Positions 1 through 13,210 are shown, numbered from the stretch's first letter. The stretch: DNA of 64,000 bases from Eledone cirrhosa (GCA_964016885.1 CAXHJY010001587.1:1-64000); one strand, 5' to 3'. Notes: a model not told the origin generated them from the letters alone. Numbers and translations: made by a program.

Positions 1-125
1 CTCCGTCGAAACGGCTTGAGTTCTGCCGTCGGGGTCATACTTTTTCCTATTTCTCACTCTACTGCCCTAATTATTGAGTACTCTGGTCGTTAAGGTCCAT
101 CTGGTTCCTTACCACAATTCCTTTG

Positions 126-127
<2 letters not shown>
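1..127 (+). mobile_element. Family A short element 3' end with 3' half of a hammerhead ribozyme
   Basis: GAAA-cggc-loop-gccg-UC-ggggtc at 8-36, then a tail ending in (TA)n. Related copies at 11882-12005(+), 12027-12165(-), 19450-19510(-), 39548-39605(+) and 43287-43490 (fold-back). Confidence 0.75.
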
Positions 128-171
<44 letters not shown>

Positions 172-183
172 TTATATATATAC

Positions 184-216
<33 letters not shown>

Positions 217-1847
217 CAGAAAGGGGTGAGATCTTGTCTCTCCCCCCCCCCTGTACATCAGGCCTCTCATAACCCCCATATCGATGATTCCTGATTGTGA
301 GCGGATACTTAGAGGGACATGAAAGACGCCGACAGGATAGCCCGAAATACAACAACACCAACAACAACAACAACAGGAACAAAAACTATACTAAACCGGA
401 AGAAGGCATTGATTCTCATTACTGTTACTATTGTAATTAAATAAAGAAATTAGTATTAGTATTGTTGTTGTTATTTGTACTTGATTGATTCGCGTGATTT
501 TGTTTTTAATTGGCGTCATTGAAGATAACCGCAGTGGATGTCTTTAATTAACACAAACAGGATTCGTTGGTGCACATCCCTGTAAAATTCTGGATTTCCT
601 ATTGTCACCGATTCAATTCTTTACATATACACCTATATAGTTTAGAGACCCCTAAAAGAAATACGGCTTTAAAATGCACGATTTTAGGGCTGGGAGTCAT
701 TTCTTTAGGCTGCTATTGTTTATTCCCAATTTAATACTAATTTGAATTCAGAATGTAAGAGACCCAATCTATAAACCACAAAGCAAGTTGTCGGGCCCTC
801 GGCAAATACGGCCAACACACCGCCCTTATAATTAAATTCATACCACAGAAAGAAAGTATTGGAACTAAATTTGAAGAAAATAAAATGAAGAAAAATGAAG
901 AAAAATAAAAGAAACAGAAGTGAGAGACGACGAAGAGGAGGGGGGGGGGGGTTAACAGACTATGTTGTTAGGAAAATCATCGAAAATACTTTAGTTTTAT
1001 ATCGTATATTAGACATTTCAAAATGGAGTCCCATCCCACAGAAAAGTTTCTAACAAAACGTTTTCCTGAATTCTTGTTACACAAGAAAGAAAGATGTATT
1101 TATTGATACGACATATAATTAAGCTTCATATACCAATAGCAACAGCAAACCTTAATTTACCATCACCACATCTCACACACACACATATATACACACAGAC
1201 ACACATAGACACACACACAGAGACACAGAGAGAGAAAGTGAGAGAGAGAGAGACCAATAGCCGCAACACCAAACCTTTAATTTACCATCACCACATCTCC
1301 CCCTCACACACACAAATATATATACACACAAACACACACACCAATAGCCGCAACACCAAACCTCTAATTTATTATCACATCTCTATTTAAATCCGCACAC
1401 ACATACGTCCCCACCCACCCACAGATACATACTTCTTCCCCACACCCACCCACACATATAAACGTCCCCACCCACCCACATTGACATACTTCTCCCCCAC
1501 ACCCACCCACACACACACATCCACCCCTTACTCAATGAGCCACCCTGTTATTATTTACATCTAATTTCACATCACTCATAATTACAGTAATTTCTTAACT
1601 AACTTACTAATGACACACCTGGAACTAGAACTGGCATTCTCCACAGACTAATATATCACACACACACACACACATATATATAGATATTTTATTTGTGTGC
1701 GTTATGATATATACACACATATATATATATATCATGCACGCACGCAAATAAAATATCTCTTTGTATATATATCCAGGAGATTCCAACCAGAATGGTTGCA
1801 TTTTTTCAGGGTATGTCAATATTTATTTATAAAACTAACCTATATTA

Positions 1848-1913
1848 TATTTTATCTGATGAAAGCGCACCATAGTTTGCCTTGGTGGCCCTTGAATTAT
1901 GTATAATGAAATA
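1848..1913 (+). ncRNA. Type I hammerhead ribozyme, family G (GAAU variant, probably inactive)
   Basis: tattttat-CTGATGA-aagcgcacc...ggtggccctt-GAAT-tatgta-TA-atgaaata. Near-identical to the intact copy at 19862-19927. Confidence 0.75.
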
Positions 1914-2237
1914 AATATGGTTTTATAAATATAGTTTCCATTTGTTAATATATTGTATATATAGTCATGCACACACATTTATACACACACACACACACAC
2001 ACACACACTGATACTGAAGCGGATCTTGTTTGTTGATGAAATTCCACCAGTTCCAACCAGCGTGCACCAGTTATTTGTCCAACGGAACAACTCTTTCTTG
2101 TGATTAACTTGTGACTGAACATTCCACAAACACATGTTCACAGCCCTCCCCCACCCCATCTTAATTAACCCTTCTCTATTAAATCCTCCTTGCCCCACCC
2201 CAACACTTTCTTATACTAAGTCTGCTATTGAAACGTT

Positions 2238-2292
2238 AGTTTTTCTCTGACGAACCTGTGATAAACAGGCGAAACTCCAGAGGACCAAGACT
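2238..2292 (+). ncRNA. Degenerate hammerhead ribozyme, family H
   Basis: CTGACGA-acctgt-gataa-acaggc-GAAA-ctccagag-GA. The sister fragment near 34000 has GAAActccagagTCacaagact, implying the cleavage triplet is mutated here. Confidence 0.65.
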
Positions 2293-2420
2293 CAGAATTC
2301 AGCCTTAATAAAATGAATATTAAACCTCTACTTCTTCGGTATTGAGTACTCCTTTCTCTCGACCATCAACCACGTGTGTGTGTTCAATACATCGCATACA
2401 GTATTTGATAGAATCCAAAC

Positions 2421-2472
<52 letters not shown>

Positions 2473-2631
2473 AATTAGTATATCTACCAACATATTTATA
2501 CAGAAGTATACTTATGCTAGCAAGATATAGGTTTTGTGTTAGTAACTTTGTGGTTCAATACAAAAATATAGAACAATTATATGAAAGACGTAAAATAAGA
2601 AAATTATAATAATTAACTTACTTACTTAAGT

Positions 2632-2708
2632 TTCACTCCAACTAATTAGTTTCTGAAAGGGGATATACATAGTGTTCAAAGCTATTCCTTTCTTTATCAG
2701 GGAGTCAA
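2632..2708 (-). ncRNA. Hammerhead ribozyme, family C (CUGAUAA core)
   Basis: Minus strand: gactcc-CTGATAA-agaaagg...cctttca-GAAA-ctaattag-TT-ggagtg. Palindromic stem III; G8 replaced by A. Confidence 0.7.
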
Positions 2709-3098
2709 TTCTCTGCTAAGATCCCAGGCGATAGGCGGACACAGGGATCTCAAACAAAAATAATTCAGTGAATGGAAAAGAAGCAAGCGCGGACTAAATT
2801 TCAAGACACTGAAAATTTCACTACCTTCCCGGGCAGTGGCAAATTCAAAAGAATCAATCACGTGACATCGATTGATTCTTTTGAATTTGCCACTGACCGG
2901 GAAGTGAAACTTAAGTAAGTAAGTTAAAATTTTCTTATTTTACGTCTTTCATATATATATATTAGAAAGTGAGTGTTTTTTTACAAAAGGAAAAATAACC
3001 GAGGTGTCCTACACGAGTGAAAGTATAAAGAAAAAAAGATGAAATCGAAAATGCAACTGGAGTCTTATTTTTTTTTAAAATACATATATTTATTTGGT

Positions 3099-3138
3099 TC
3101 CTTTACCGGTTTCGCAGTTCTTCTGCTTTTCAAAAGTA
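3099..3138 (-). ncRNA. Minimal hammerhead, family D (UUGAAAA core)
   Basis: Reverse complement of the copy at 3921-3960. Confidence 0.7.
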
Positions 3139-3295
3139 GAGTTGAGATGGAGGGTCTGTGGTTTTTCTCACATCTGAGAAAATTATTATATATATATATA
3201 ATCAAGGTTTAGGAAATAAGAAAAAGTTTCAAAATAAATTACAAAAAATTAACTGTACTTACTATGGTGCCCTTTACCGAATCGGATTCGAGTCT

Positions 3296-3328
<33 letters not shown>

Positions 3329-3604
3329 GTGTGTGTGTGTATAAACATGATTTCCTCCGAATGAATATATATATATGTGAATATATATATGTGTGTGTGT
3401 GTATCTATATATTTATACTTATATATGCATACATATGTTTATTTGTGTAAAGTAGTAAAGATCTAGAAAGTCAAAGACTAACTTGAATACAGGAGCAAAA
3501 AAACAAAAAAAAAAAAAACAGGTTTCACCTGCTCACCGCAGAAATTGAAACAAATCGTTAGAACACCGATGGGAGCGAAATATTCGGCTGTGTGTGCAAT
3601 ATAT

Positions 3605-3698
3605 ATATGTAAGGTACTCAATACATAGCATAGTATACATATTTAATATAGAAATGGCTTCTACAGGACTAGAACTGTTTCATTCGGAGGAAATCATG
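3605..3698 (-). mobile_element. Family B fragment with 5'-truncated hammerhead and tail
   Basis: Minus strand: ATGA-tttc-ctcc-gaat-GAAA-cag-ttctagtc-ctg-TA-gaagc. Matches 12577-12629. Confidence 0.7.
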
Positions 3699-3717
3699 TT
3701 TATACACACACACACAT

Positions 3718-3753
<36 letters not shown>

Positions 3754-3920
3754 ATATATATATTGAGACTCGAATCCGATTCGGTAAAGGTAACCATAGT
3801 AAGTACAGTTAATTTTTTGTAATTTATTTTGAAACTTTTTCTTATTTCCTAAACCTTGATTATATATATATAATAATTTTCTCAGATGTGAGAAAAACCA
3901 CAGACCCTCCATCTCAACTC

Positions 3921-3960
3921 TACTTTTGAAAAGCAGAAGAACTGCGAAACCGGTAAAGGA
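3921..3960 (+). ncRNA. Minimal hammerhead, family D (UUGAAAA core)
   Basis: tactt-TTGAAAA-gcag-aagaa-ctgc-GAAA-ccgg-TA-aagga. Confidence 0.7.
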
Positions 3961-4090
3961 ACCAAATAAATATATGTATTTAAAAAAAAAATAAGACTCC
4001 AGTTGCATTTTCGATTTCATCTTTTTTTCTTTATACTTTCACTCGTGTAGGACACCTCGGTTATTTTTCCTTTTGTAAAAAAACACTCAC

Positions 4091-4130
<40 letters not shown>

Positions 4131-4460
4131 GACGTAAAATAAGAAAATTCTAACTTACTTACTTAAGTTTCACTTCCCGGTCAGTGGCAAATTCAAAAGA
4201 ATCAATCACGTGTCATCGATGTTGCTGGGTTTTTTCCTTTCTTTGGTTTGCCTTTATCCTTCTATGTTGTTCACTTGTCCCCCTCGCTTTACGCGATTTA
4301 CTGGTTCCAATAACCTTTTTTAGTTATTGCTCGCACCAACCTGAGGTATCTGATTTTTAATGCGATGAAATACCAATGAAAGTTGGAAGATCACTGCCGA
4401 AGGACTATTTTTTATCATATGTAACCCATGTGCAACCACGCAGTATTCTTCTTTCTTCTC

Positions 4461-4557
<97 letters not shown>

Positions 4558-4587
4558 ATGTATATATATATGTGTGTGTATGTATGC

Positions 4588-4625
<38 letters not shown>

Positions 4626-4749
4626 ATATATATATATGTGTATATATATATATGTGTGTGTATATATAGCCCCAAGTATCCTCACTAGACTTATTAGTGG
4701 TCAGTGCCAATAAAGATAACATTTATATTTTCGTCCCTTTTGTCATTGA

Positions 4750-5320
4750 TAATGTTGTTGTTGTTGTTACTGTTGTTGTTGTTGTTACTGTTGTTGTTGT
4801 TACTGTTGTTGTTACTGTTGTTGTTGTTACTGTTGTTGTTACTGTTGTTGTTACTGTTGTTGTTGTTGATATATTGCTGTTGTTGTTACTGTTGTTGTTG
4901 TTGTTACTGTTGTTGTTGTTACTGTTGTTGTTACTGTTGTTGTTGATATATTGCTGTTGTTGTTACTGTTGTTGTTGTTGATATATTGCTGTTGTTGTTA
5001 CTGTTGTTGTTGTTGTTACTGTTGTTGTTGTTACTGTTGTTGTTACTGTTGTTGTTGTTACTGTTGTTGTTACTGTTGTTGTTGTTGATATATTGCTGTT
5101 GTTGTTACTGTTGTTGTTGTTACTGTTGTTGTTACTGTTGTTGTTGTTGATATATTGCTGTTGTTGTTACTGTTGTTGTTGTTACTGTTGTTGTTACTGT
5201 TGTTGTTGTTGATATATTGCTGTTGTTGTTACTGTTGTTGTTGTTGATATATTGCTGTTGTTGTTACTGTTGTTGTTGTTACTGTTGTTGTTGTAGATAT
5301 ATTGCTGTTGTTGTTGTTGT
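4750..5320. repeat. Compound (GTT)n / GTTACT minisatellite
   Basis: Direct inspection. Confidence 0.95.
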
Positions 5321-5679
5321 AGCTGAAGTTTAGTGCGTGTGATGTGAACCACCACCACACACATATACCCTCTCTCTCTCTTTCTCTCTCTCTCTTTCTC
5401 TCTCTCTCTTTCTCTCTCTCTCTCTCACACACACGGGCTATTTCTCTCTCTCACACACACTCTCACACATACTCTCACACACACACACTCTCACACATAC
5501 TCTCACACACACACTCTCTCTCACACACACACACACACACTCTCACACATACTCTTACACACACACTCACACATACACTCTCTCTCACACACACACACTC
5601 TCTCTCACACACACATACTCTCACATACACACATACTCTCACACACACACTCACACATACACTCTCTCTCACACACACA

Positions 5680-5731
<52 letters not shown>

Positions 5732-5998
5732 AAAGTAAATCAGAAAATACAATCTGGGAATAAGTTGATAATTATCAAATAATTGATGAAATATTGCAAA
5801 GAAAAAAGGTCAGACGTGGACACACTGTGTGTGTGTGTGTGTGTGTGTGTGGTGTGTAGATGTGGGCACACTGTGGGTGTGAGTGTGTGTGATGTGTGTG
5901 TGTGTGTATGTGTATCTGTGTGTGTGTATGTGTGAGAAAGAGCCTGTTTGTGTGTATATGTATATATACGTGTGTGTGTACATATATATGTATATATA

Positions 5999-6076
5999 TT
6001 GTTGAAAGGATAACAAGGACGATTGGTTACTACCTCTCATTACATTTATTGGTAGGTGACGCGCGTTTCGCCACTG

Positions 6077-6078
<2 letters not shown>
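5999..6078 (-). mobile_element. Family L fragment with 3' half of a hammerhead (GAAAcgcgcgUC)
   Basis: Minus strand: gtggc-GAAA-cgcgcg-TC-acctacc-AATAAA, with a tail ending in a TA tract. This is the typical Penelope-element palindromic stem III. Confidence 0.65.
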
Positions 6079-6129
<51 letters not shown>

Positions 6130-6136
<7 letters not shown>

Positions 6137-6510
6137 GTGAGGTTTTTTTTTACAAATTGAAAAATACCCGAGGTGTCCTACACGAGTGAAAGTATAAAGA
6201 AAAAAAGATGAAATCGAAAATGCAACTGAAGTCTTATTTTTTTTTTAAATATATATATTTATTTGGTTCCTTTACCGGTTTCGCAGTTCTTCTGCTTTTC
6301 AAAAGTAGAGTTGAGATGGAGGGTCTGTGGTTTTTCTCACATCTGTGGTTTTTCTCACAGATGTGAGAAAAACCACAGACCCTCCATCTCAACTCTACTT
6401 TTGAAAAGCAGAACTGCGAAACCGGTAAAGGAACCAAATAAATATATATATATTTTTTTTTAAATAAGACTCTAGTTGCATTTTCGATTTCATCTCTTTT
6501 TCTTTATATA
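6130..6510. mobile_element. Family D head-to-head fold-back with hammerheads at 6268-6307(-) and 6396-6432(+)
   Basis: Inverted arms around ~6355, flanked by (TA)n, with a short tandem duplication at the turn. Confidence 0.85.
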
Positions 6511-6539
6511 TATATATATATATATATACATATATATAT

Positions 6540-6777
6540 CGTTTCTGAATTTGTTTAGCAAGATTCTTTATCTGAAAACGTGTGTTGAAACCGATATTGT
6601 TATACTTTGGGAGGGTCATGTTGCCAATAAGAAACACACGCACCAGTTGCTTTCACTTTAATTTATTATAATAAATTTATAAATTCCTAAATTTATAAAT
6701 TTATTATAATAAATTGAAGTGAAAGCAACTGGTGCGTGTGTTTCTTATTGGCAACATGACCCTCCCAAAGTATAACA

Positions 6778-6780
<3 letters not shown>
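6540..6780. mobile_element. Family F element with inverted tail
   Basis: ttgttatactttgggagggtcatgttgcc... repeated in inverted orientation. Related copies at 12375-12555, 19525-19715, 31325-31352, 43508-43700 and 45345-45372. Confidence 0.75.
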
Positions 6781-6862
<82 letters not shown>

Positions 6863-6929
6863 TATATACACGTTTCACCTAGACATGGTCTCTCTACTTG
6901 AGCACTTCAGAAATCTATTGGGACTTGCA

Positions 6930-6976
<47 letters not shown>

Positions 6977-7271
6977 GTGTGTGTATGGGGGGGGGGGTAC
7001 ACACATGCGTGTGAGTGTATATGCAGCCCCACCCCGCCTTTCTTTAAATTTCTCTTACTACATATCCAGCTATTTAACCCCTGGAACATATAACACACAC
7101 TAGTCAACTTTGCCTTTCATCCTTTCGAAGTCACTAAAATAAAAGTACCATTGTATTACTGGTATCGCTCCTTCCTCGAGTCTTCTCTATCGTTCTCTTT
7201 CCTTGGTTGTATTCTGGCCTAGTGAAGAGGAATGAGCTCCGCACTTGAACTCAACATCGGAGAGTGGTAAT

Positions 7272-7660
7272 AATAATTGTTTCTACTTTAGGCACAAGGC
7301 CAGCAAATACCCAGTATATTACTGGTACTTTATTTTATCGACCCCATAAGGATGAAAAGCAGAGTCAACCTCGGCGGGATTTGAACTCAGAATGGCAAGG
7401 GCCGTAACTCTATGCGTCAAAGCATGGCGTCCGACCCTCTACCGACACTGCCAATCCACCGCCATTTGTGGTTTTAATAATGGTTTCTGATTTAGGCACA
7501 AGGTCAACAATTTTGGCGGAAGGGGAAAGTCGATTAAATCGACCCCAGTACATTACTGGTACTTTATTTTATCGACCCCGTAAGGATGAAAGACAAAGTT
7601 AACGTCGGCGGGATTTGAACTTAGAACGTAAAGGAATGTAACTAAATACTGCAAAGCGTT
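7272..7660 (-). mobile_element. Two tandem tRNA-derived SINEs (octopus OK-type)
   Basis: B-box gagttcaaatccc and core ctttcatccttacggggtcgataaaataaagtaccag on the minus strand. Confidence 0.85.
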
Positions 7661-7690
7661 GAGTCATTAGTCTTGCAGCAGTACATGGAT

Positions 7691-7835
7691 GTGAAGGCGC
7701 ATGGCTTAGTGGTTTGAGCATTGGGCTTGCAATCGAAAGATTGTGAATTCAGTTCTCGGACTGGGTGATGTGTTGTTTCCTTGAGCAAGACACTTTATTT
7801 CACGTTGCTCCAGTTTACTCATCTGTAGAAATGAG
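7691..7835 (+). mobile_element. CORE-type tRNA-derived SINE (second family), 5' part
   Basis: A-box tggcttagtgg and CORE-like ccttgagcaagacactttatttcacgttgctccagtt. Confidence 0.75.
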
Positions 7836-8316
7836 ATGAGAGGGACTGGAGGGGGGGGGGTCCCTATCATTAAAATCACCCAAGACACCCCCAACGAAAT
7901 ATACCTTGGAGGAGGCCAGCTAAACCTGCCTAGGTGTGAGCTGTCACACACTCACACACACACACATGGCTGACTTGTCTACCAGTTTGAGGAGGGAGCT
8001 TCCGTGAGGGAGGGCGTGGATGTGGCAGCGGGTGTCTCTGACCATTTTCTGCAGTAATGTTCTCACAGTTTTTAAACCGTATCCAGCATTCTATGACAAT
8101 GACTTAAGCCAAGACGTTCCTTAGAAGATTATAGACTGTAGATGAGAGCTATCATACATCTTATATTTTACTATTGTACACTTCATTAAATATTACCTCA
8201 CGACATTTCCACATAATATCTGACATTTCATTATAATCTCCAACGTATTTCTCATTTATAGCCACTGCTTTATTGTTACGTAAAACTACATGTGTATATA
8301 CATATATATACACATG

Positions 8317-8347
<31 letters not shown>

Positions 8348-8375
8348 ATATACATGTATATATATACATATATAT

Positions 8376-8426
<51 letters not shown>

Positions 8427-8511
8427 TATATGTATATATATACACATACACCATGTCTCAGTGTCCATTCTTTATCTGTCTCCATAGTCTCTGTTAGTTT
8501 ATCTATATATA

Positions 8512-8627
<116 letters not shown>

Positions 8628-8704
8628 CACACACGCATGTGCCTGCATGCATATAAGTGTTTTTGTGCGTTTGTGCGTGCGGACATGCATTCGTATAGTT
8701 GTGT

Positions 8705-8740
<36 letters not shown>

Positions 8741-9302
8741 TGCGCGCTGTGATTTATCTGCACACACGTTAAAGAACATTACAATACACTCTTGTTTAAA
8801 AGTACAAAGTGTCACTTCTCTCTCTCTCTCTGTCTCTCTCTCTCTCTATGTAGATATGTCTGTATGTATGTAGATATATATATATATATGTATGTGTGTG
8901 TACATATATATATATATACATACACACAAAATAAAAGTGCTGACAATACTATTTTATCTTAGAAGTATGTAAAGTTGTTACATACGTCAATTTGTGTGAG
9001 ATGTATTATTAACATTAAATAGTAAGTATATAAACATATCATTGGAATTAAACCCTTCTTGGTAAGCTGAACTGTTTGGTAAACCTGCTCAGTTCCTGGT
9101 TATCTTATTGACATTTGCTGGATGTAAACCTGCAGCTGGAGATTTATTAAGTTCAGGAAACAACAGTACATATAGGATTGTTTTGGTTATTTTTTTTATC
9201 AAACTTCGAGACTTATCCTAAATGCTTTCAACGAAGTAGAGTTGACTTCTTAGTCTTAATCTGAGGTTCTTCTACATGATGCACTGTTATTCTTTTACAA
9301 AG

Positions 9303-9482
9303 AGTGGTGGATTGGCAGTATTGGTAGAGGGTCGGACATCATGCATTGACGGCCCTTGCCATTCTGAGTTCAAATCCCGTCGAGGATAACTTTGCCTTTC
9401 ATCCTTACGGGGTCGATGAAATAAAGTACCAGTAATGCGCTGGAGTAATTGCTGGCTTTGTGCCAAAAGTAGAAACAATTAT
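9303..9482 (+). mobile_element. tRNA-derived SINE (OK-type)
   Basis: Same head and core as 7272-7463. Confidence 0.85.
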
Positions 9483-9546
9483 TTTACAAACAGGTGGTGA
9501 CGGCCTTGAGCGGGAGAGGCGAAGGCACTCATTTTGTTTCGAAAAT

Positions 9547-9860
9547 TTTGAAAGTAGGTTTATATGTATGAATATTCACACGATTTTAATAATTGTCTCA
9601 GTGGCCTAGCGGTAGGTACTAGAGACGGTGAAGATCCTGGCCTTCGGTTCGATCCTCGTCAAGAGGTACATGTAATCTTTTTCAGTTTTTATTTTACATT
9701 CCATAGAAAAAAAAACTGAAAAGGTTTACCGGGAACCCTACTCCCGACCAGGATCGAACTTCAGACCAGGATCACCACCGACTATGAGTCCTCCAACTAG
9801 GCCACCGAGACAGCTACAAAGTTATATTGAAAATTAATAATTATAAACCTACTTTCAAAA
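9547..9860. mobile_element. Diverged fold-back with two convergent tRNA-like heads
   Basis: 19-bp terminal inverted repeat ttttgaaagtaggtttata. A-box tggcctagcgg and B-box ggttcgatcc are present on both strands. Confidence 0.7.
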
Positions 9861-9899
9861 GTTAAAAAGATGTGGTGTCGTTCATGGCTTTCCTAGAGC

Positions 9900-9981
9900 T
9901 ACAAAAGTATAGCATTCTATATGTAGGGGGCGCCCTCTTCATCTCCTGGCAACCAATAATTTTAGACCCAGTCCACCACTG
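9900..9981 (-). mobile_element. End of a non-autonomous DNA transposon (CAGTGGYGG terminus)
   Basis: Shares gcattctatatgtagg...ggcaaccaat...tagacccagtccRccactg with 52415-52508. Confidence 0.55.
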
Positions 9982-10049
9982 TATATATATAGATATATAT
10001 ATATATATATGTACAATTGTATATGTATATACACACACATATATACTTA

Positions 10050-10129
<80 letters not shown>

Positions 10130-10511
10130 TGTGTGTTGTTTGTAAAATAGTCACATTCAACATACGGTCACCTGTCATTTATATTTCCATGAACTTTACG
10201 TGTGTACAATTAAGAAAATATCTATACCTACTACAGTTACCTACACACACACACACACACAATTATATACACACATATACACACACATATATATATACAC
10301 ATATACTACTACTACGCACATATATAGACACACATATATATATATATACATAAATATATACACATATACACACATATATATACACATATATATATTCACA
10401 TATATATATACACATATATATACACATATATATATACACATATATATACACATATATATATACATATATATATACACATATATATATACACATATATATA
10501 CAGACATATAC

Positions 10512-10559
<48 letters not shown>

Positions 10560-10846
10560 ATACAAACTCAAACTACACAACAGCACGATATGCAAATGTG
10601 TATATATACACTCATATACACATATGTACATAGAAATATATACACCATTATAAAAACAAAGACTGTTAAAGATAAACCCCTATCTCTGTATTCTGGAATA
10701 TATTTATTTCTATTCTTTAATAAATAATAAACAAATAGATTCATAAAGTGAATAAGTTTTACAAATATTTATACAAATGTTACACAAACACACAAAACCT
10801 TGAACTAACAAAGTTTTACATAGCTTCAAACACCTCTTGTCTCTCT

Positions 10847-10888
<42 letters not shown>

Positions 10889-11084
10889 CATATATATATA
10901 AGTGTATACATTTTGTGGGGACATCCTGTATATACGTGTGTGTATGTGTGTATGTGTGTTCTGTTCGGTATTGTATTCATGTTATTAAAATTCAAGTTTG
11001 AGATTCTAAACCTGTCAAATGCAAAAATTCCTCACTGGGAGAAAAAGGAAAATCTTTACGTGTGCCGTGTTTATATTGATGTAC

Positions 11085-11575
11085 ATGTGTGTATTGGTGT
11101 GTATGTGTGTATTGGTGTGTATGTGTGTGTTGGTGTGTATGTGTGTTTTGGTGTGTATGTGTGTTTTGGTGTGTATGTGTGTGTTGGTGTGTATGTGTGT
11201 GTTGGTGTGTATGTGTGTTTTGGTGTGTACATGTGGTTTGGTGTGTACGTGTGTGTTGGTGTGTACGTGTGTGTTGGTGTGTATGTGTGTGTTGGTGTGT
11301 ATGTGTGTGTTGGTATGTATGTGTATTTTGGTGTGTATGTGTGTGTTGGTGTGTATGTGTGTATTGGTGTGTATGTGTGTGTTGGTGTGTATGTGTGTGT
11401 TGGTGTGTATGTGTGTTTTGGTGTGTACGTGTGGTTTGGTGTGTACGTGTGTGTTGGTGTGTACGTGTGTGTTGGTGTGTATGTGTGTGTTGGTGTGTAT
11501 GTGTGTTTTGGTATGTATGTGTATTTTGGTGTGTATGTGTGTGTTGGTGTGTATGTGTGTATTGGTGTGTATGCA
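11085..11575. repeat. 18-bp minisatellite (tgtgttggtgtgtatgtg)n
   Basis: Direct inspection; it explains the overlapping repeat ORFs. Confidence 0.95.
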
Positions 11576-11881
11576 TGCGTCGTGTGTGTTGGTGCATATG
11601 TGTCGTGTGTTAGTGTGTATGTGTGTACAACTCCGTGTGTGATTATTAGTGTTGCTGACACAAAATACCAATCTTACTTACACGTTTCAACTAAACGAAA
11701 TCCAATTTTAAGACAAGCAACTTTTCTCAACTAAATTTCAACTTTATATCTTCTTTGTTAAATATCTGTCTAATACAGTTGACAATTCCTTTATCTTTGT
11801 AGCTTTCTATATTTATTTATCAAATCCGTTACTGTGATATATCTATAGCTTTTTATATATTTCAGATAAAAGTAAATAATG

Positions 11882-12182
11882 TTGAAACCGCAAGAGCTCA
11901 GCCGTCGGGATCCTGACTCATTCATATAACCATACTCTACTACACCAAGTATCGAGTACTCTGTTGATTAATGGTCTAACCAATTTCTTACTGTATCCAT
12001 CTAGATTTATATATATATATATATATAACAAAGAGGGTGTCGTAAGATACCAGGTGGGCCATAACGCACTAGACTACTCGATACTTGGGGTAGTAGAGTG
12101 GGTAATAGGAAAAAACCCAGGACCCCGACGGATGAGCTCCGGCCGTTTCGACAGCTAGATCCGAACTACTGGTTTAGTTCGG

Positions 12183-12187
<5 letters not shown>
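11882..12187. mobile_element. Two family A copies, tail to tail across a (TA)n tract
   Basis: Both carry GAAA...gccgUC half-hammerheads and the tatcgagta motif. Confidence 0.75.
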
Positions 12188-12261
<74 letters not shown>

Positions 12262-12305
12262 CAGATTAAGTAAAGATGGCGTAGACACAACAGGAGGAAA
12301 CATAA

Positions 12306-12357
12306 TAGCACCACTGACGATGTTGCAGATGTGCAACGAAAGAACTTTGATAGACTA
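12306..12357 (+). ncRNA. Hammerhead ribozyme, family J
   Basis: tagcacca-CTGACGA-t-gttgca-gatg-tgcaac-GAAA-gaac-TT-tgatagacta. Stem II covaries with 19970-20021. Confidence 0.75.
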
Positions 12358-12576
12358 TATATATATGTGTTTGTGTCTATATTATATCTGAATTTTTGAC
12401 CGTTGGTCAGTCAATGGTAAACATTGAGGACCGAATAAATTAAATTAACTGATATAAAAGATACAGACGCGAAAACCAACCAAACAGTGAGTGTGTTCTG
12501 TTATTAATTCTGGCAATATTATTACAACAATATGACCCTCCCCAAGTATAACAATATATATATATATAATATAGAA

Positions 12577-12629
12577 AAGCTTCTACAGGACTAGAACTGT
12601 TTCATTCGGGAGAAATCATCAGGAAGCTT
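12577..12629 (-). ncRNA. Complete hammerhead ribozyme, family B
   Basis: aagcttc-CTGATGA-tttc-tccc-gaat-GAAA-cag-ttctagtc-ctg-TA-gaagctt. Perfect 7-bp stem I, 4-bp stem III, GUA cleavage triplet. Confidence 0.85.
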
Positions 12630-12681
12630 ACTGTCCAAGTAATATGGTGGTATGTATATTTATTGTGGTTACCCCCGATTG

Positions 12682-12733
<52 letters not shown>

Positions 12734-13061
12734 TGTATGTATGTATGTATGTATGTATGTATATATATTTCTACCGACACACATATGTGTGTGTATTGAT
12801 CATTCAACATTATTCAGGATCCATCTTATACAGATGGAGCTGGAAGATACCTGTCATTGTGAAACTAATAGTTGTGGTGTAAAAGTGGATGACACGCTAT
12901 CAATAAGTAAGATGGCCGCCATATAATAACTGAAACTAGTCAAATAATAACGGAATAAGGAATAATCTAGAAAACCCAGCACATTACTTTTCACTTCTCA
13001 TTTAAATTCTATTACACTTAAATTCTCTATCTATCTATCTATCTATCTATCTACCTGTCTC

Positions 13062-13096
<35 letters not shown>

Positions 13097-13119
13097 CTCT
13101 ATCTCTCTCTCTCTCTCTC

Positions 13120-13170
<51 letters not shown>

Positions 13171-13210
13171 ATCTTTCTTTCTATCTCTCTTTCAATCTCT
13201 CTCTTTCTTC

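Larger units (their letters stand above)
2870..4205. repeat. Long inverted duplication (~500-bp arms) built from tails of families C, D, E and part of B
   Basis: 2870-3365 is the reverse complement of 3679-4205, apart from a few substitutions and microsatellite length differences. Confidence 0.9.

Noticed and set aside
9596-9665. Genuine tRNA gene
   Set aside because: Acceptor and anticodon stems do not form convincingly, and it is part of an inverted pair; treated as tRNA-derived.
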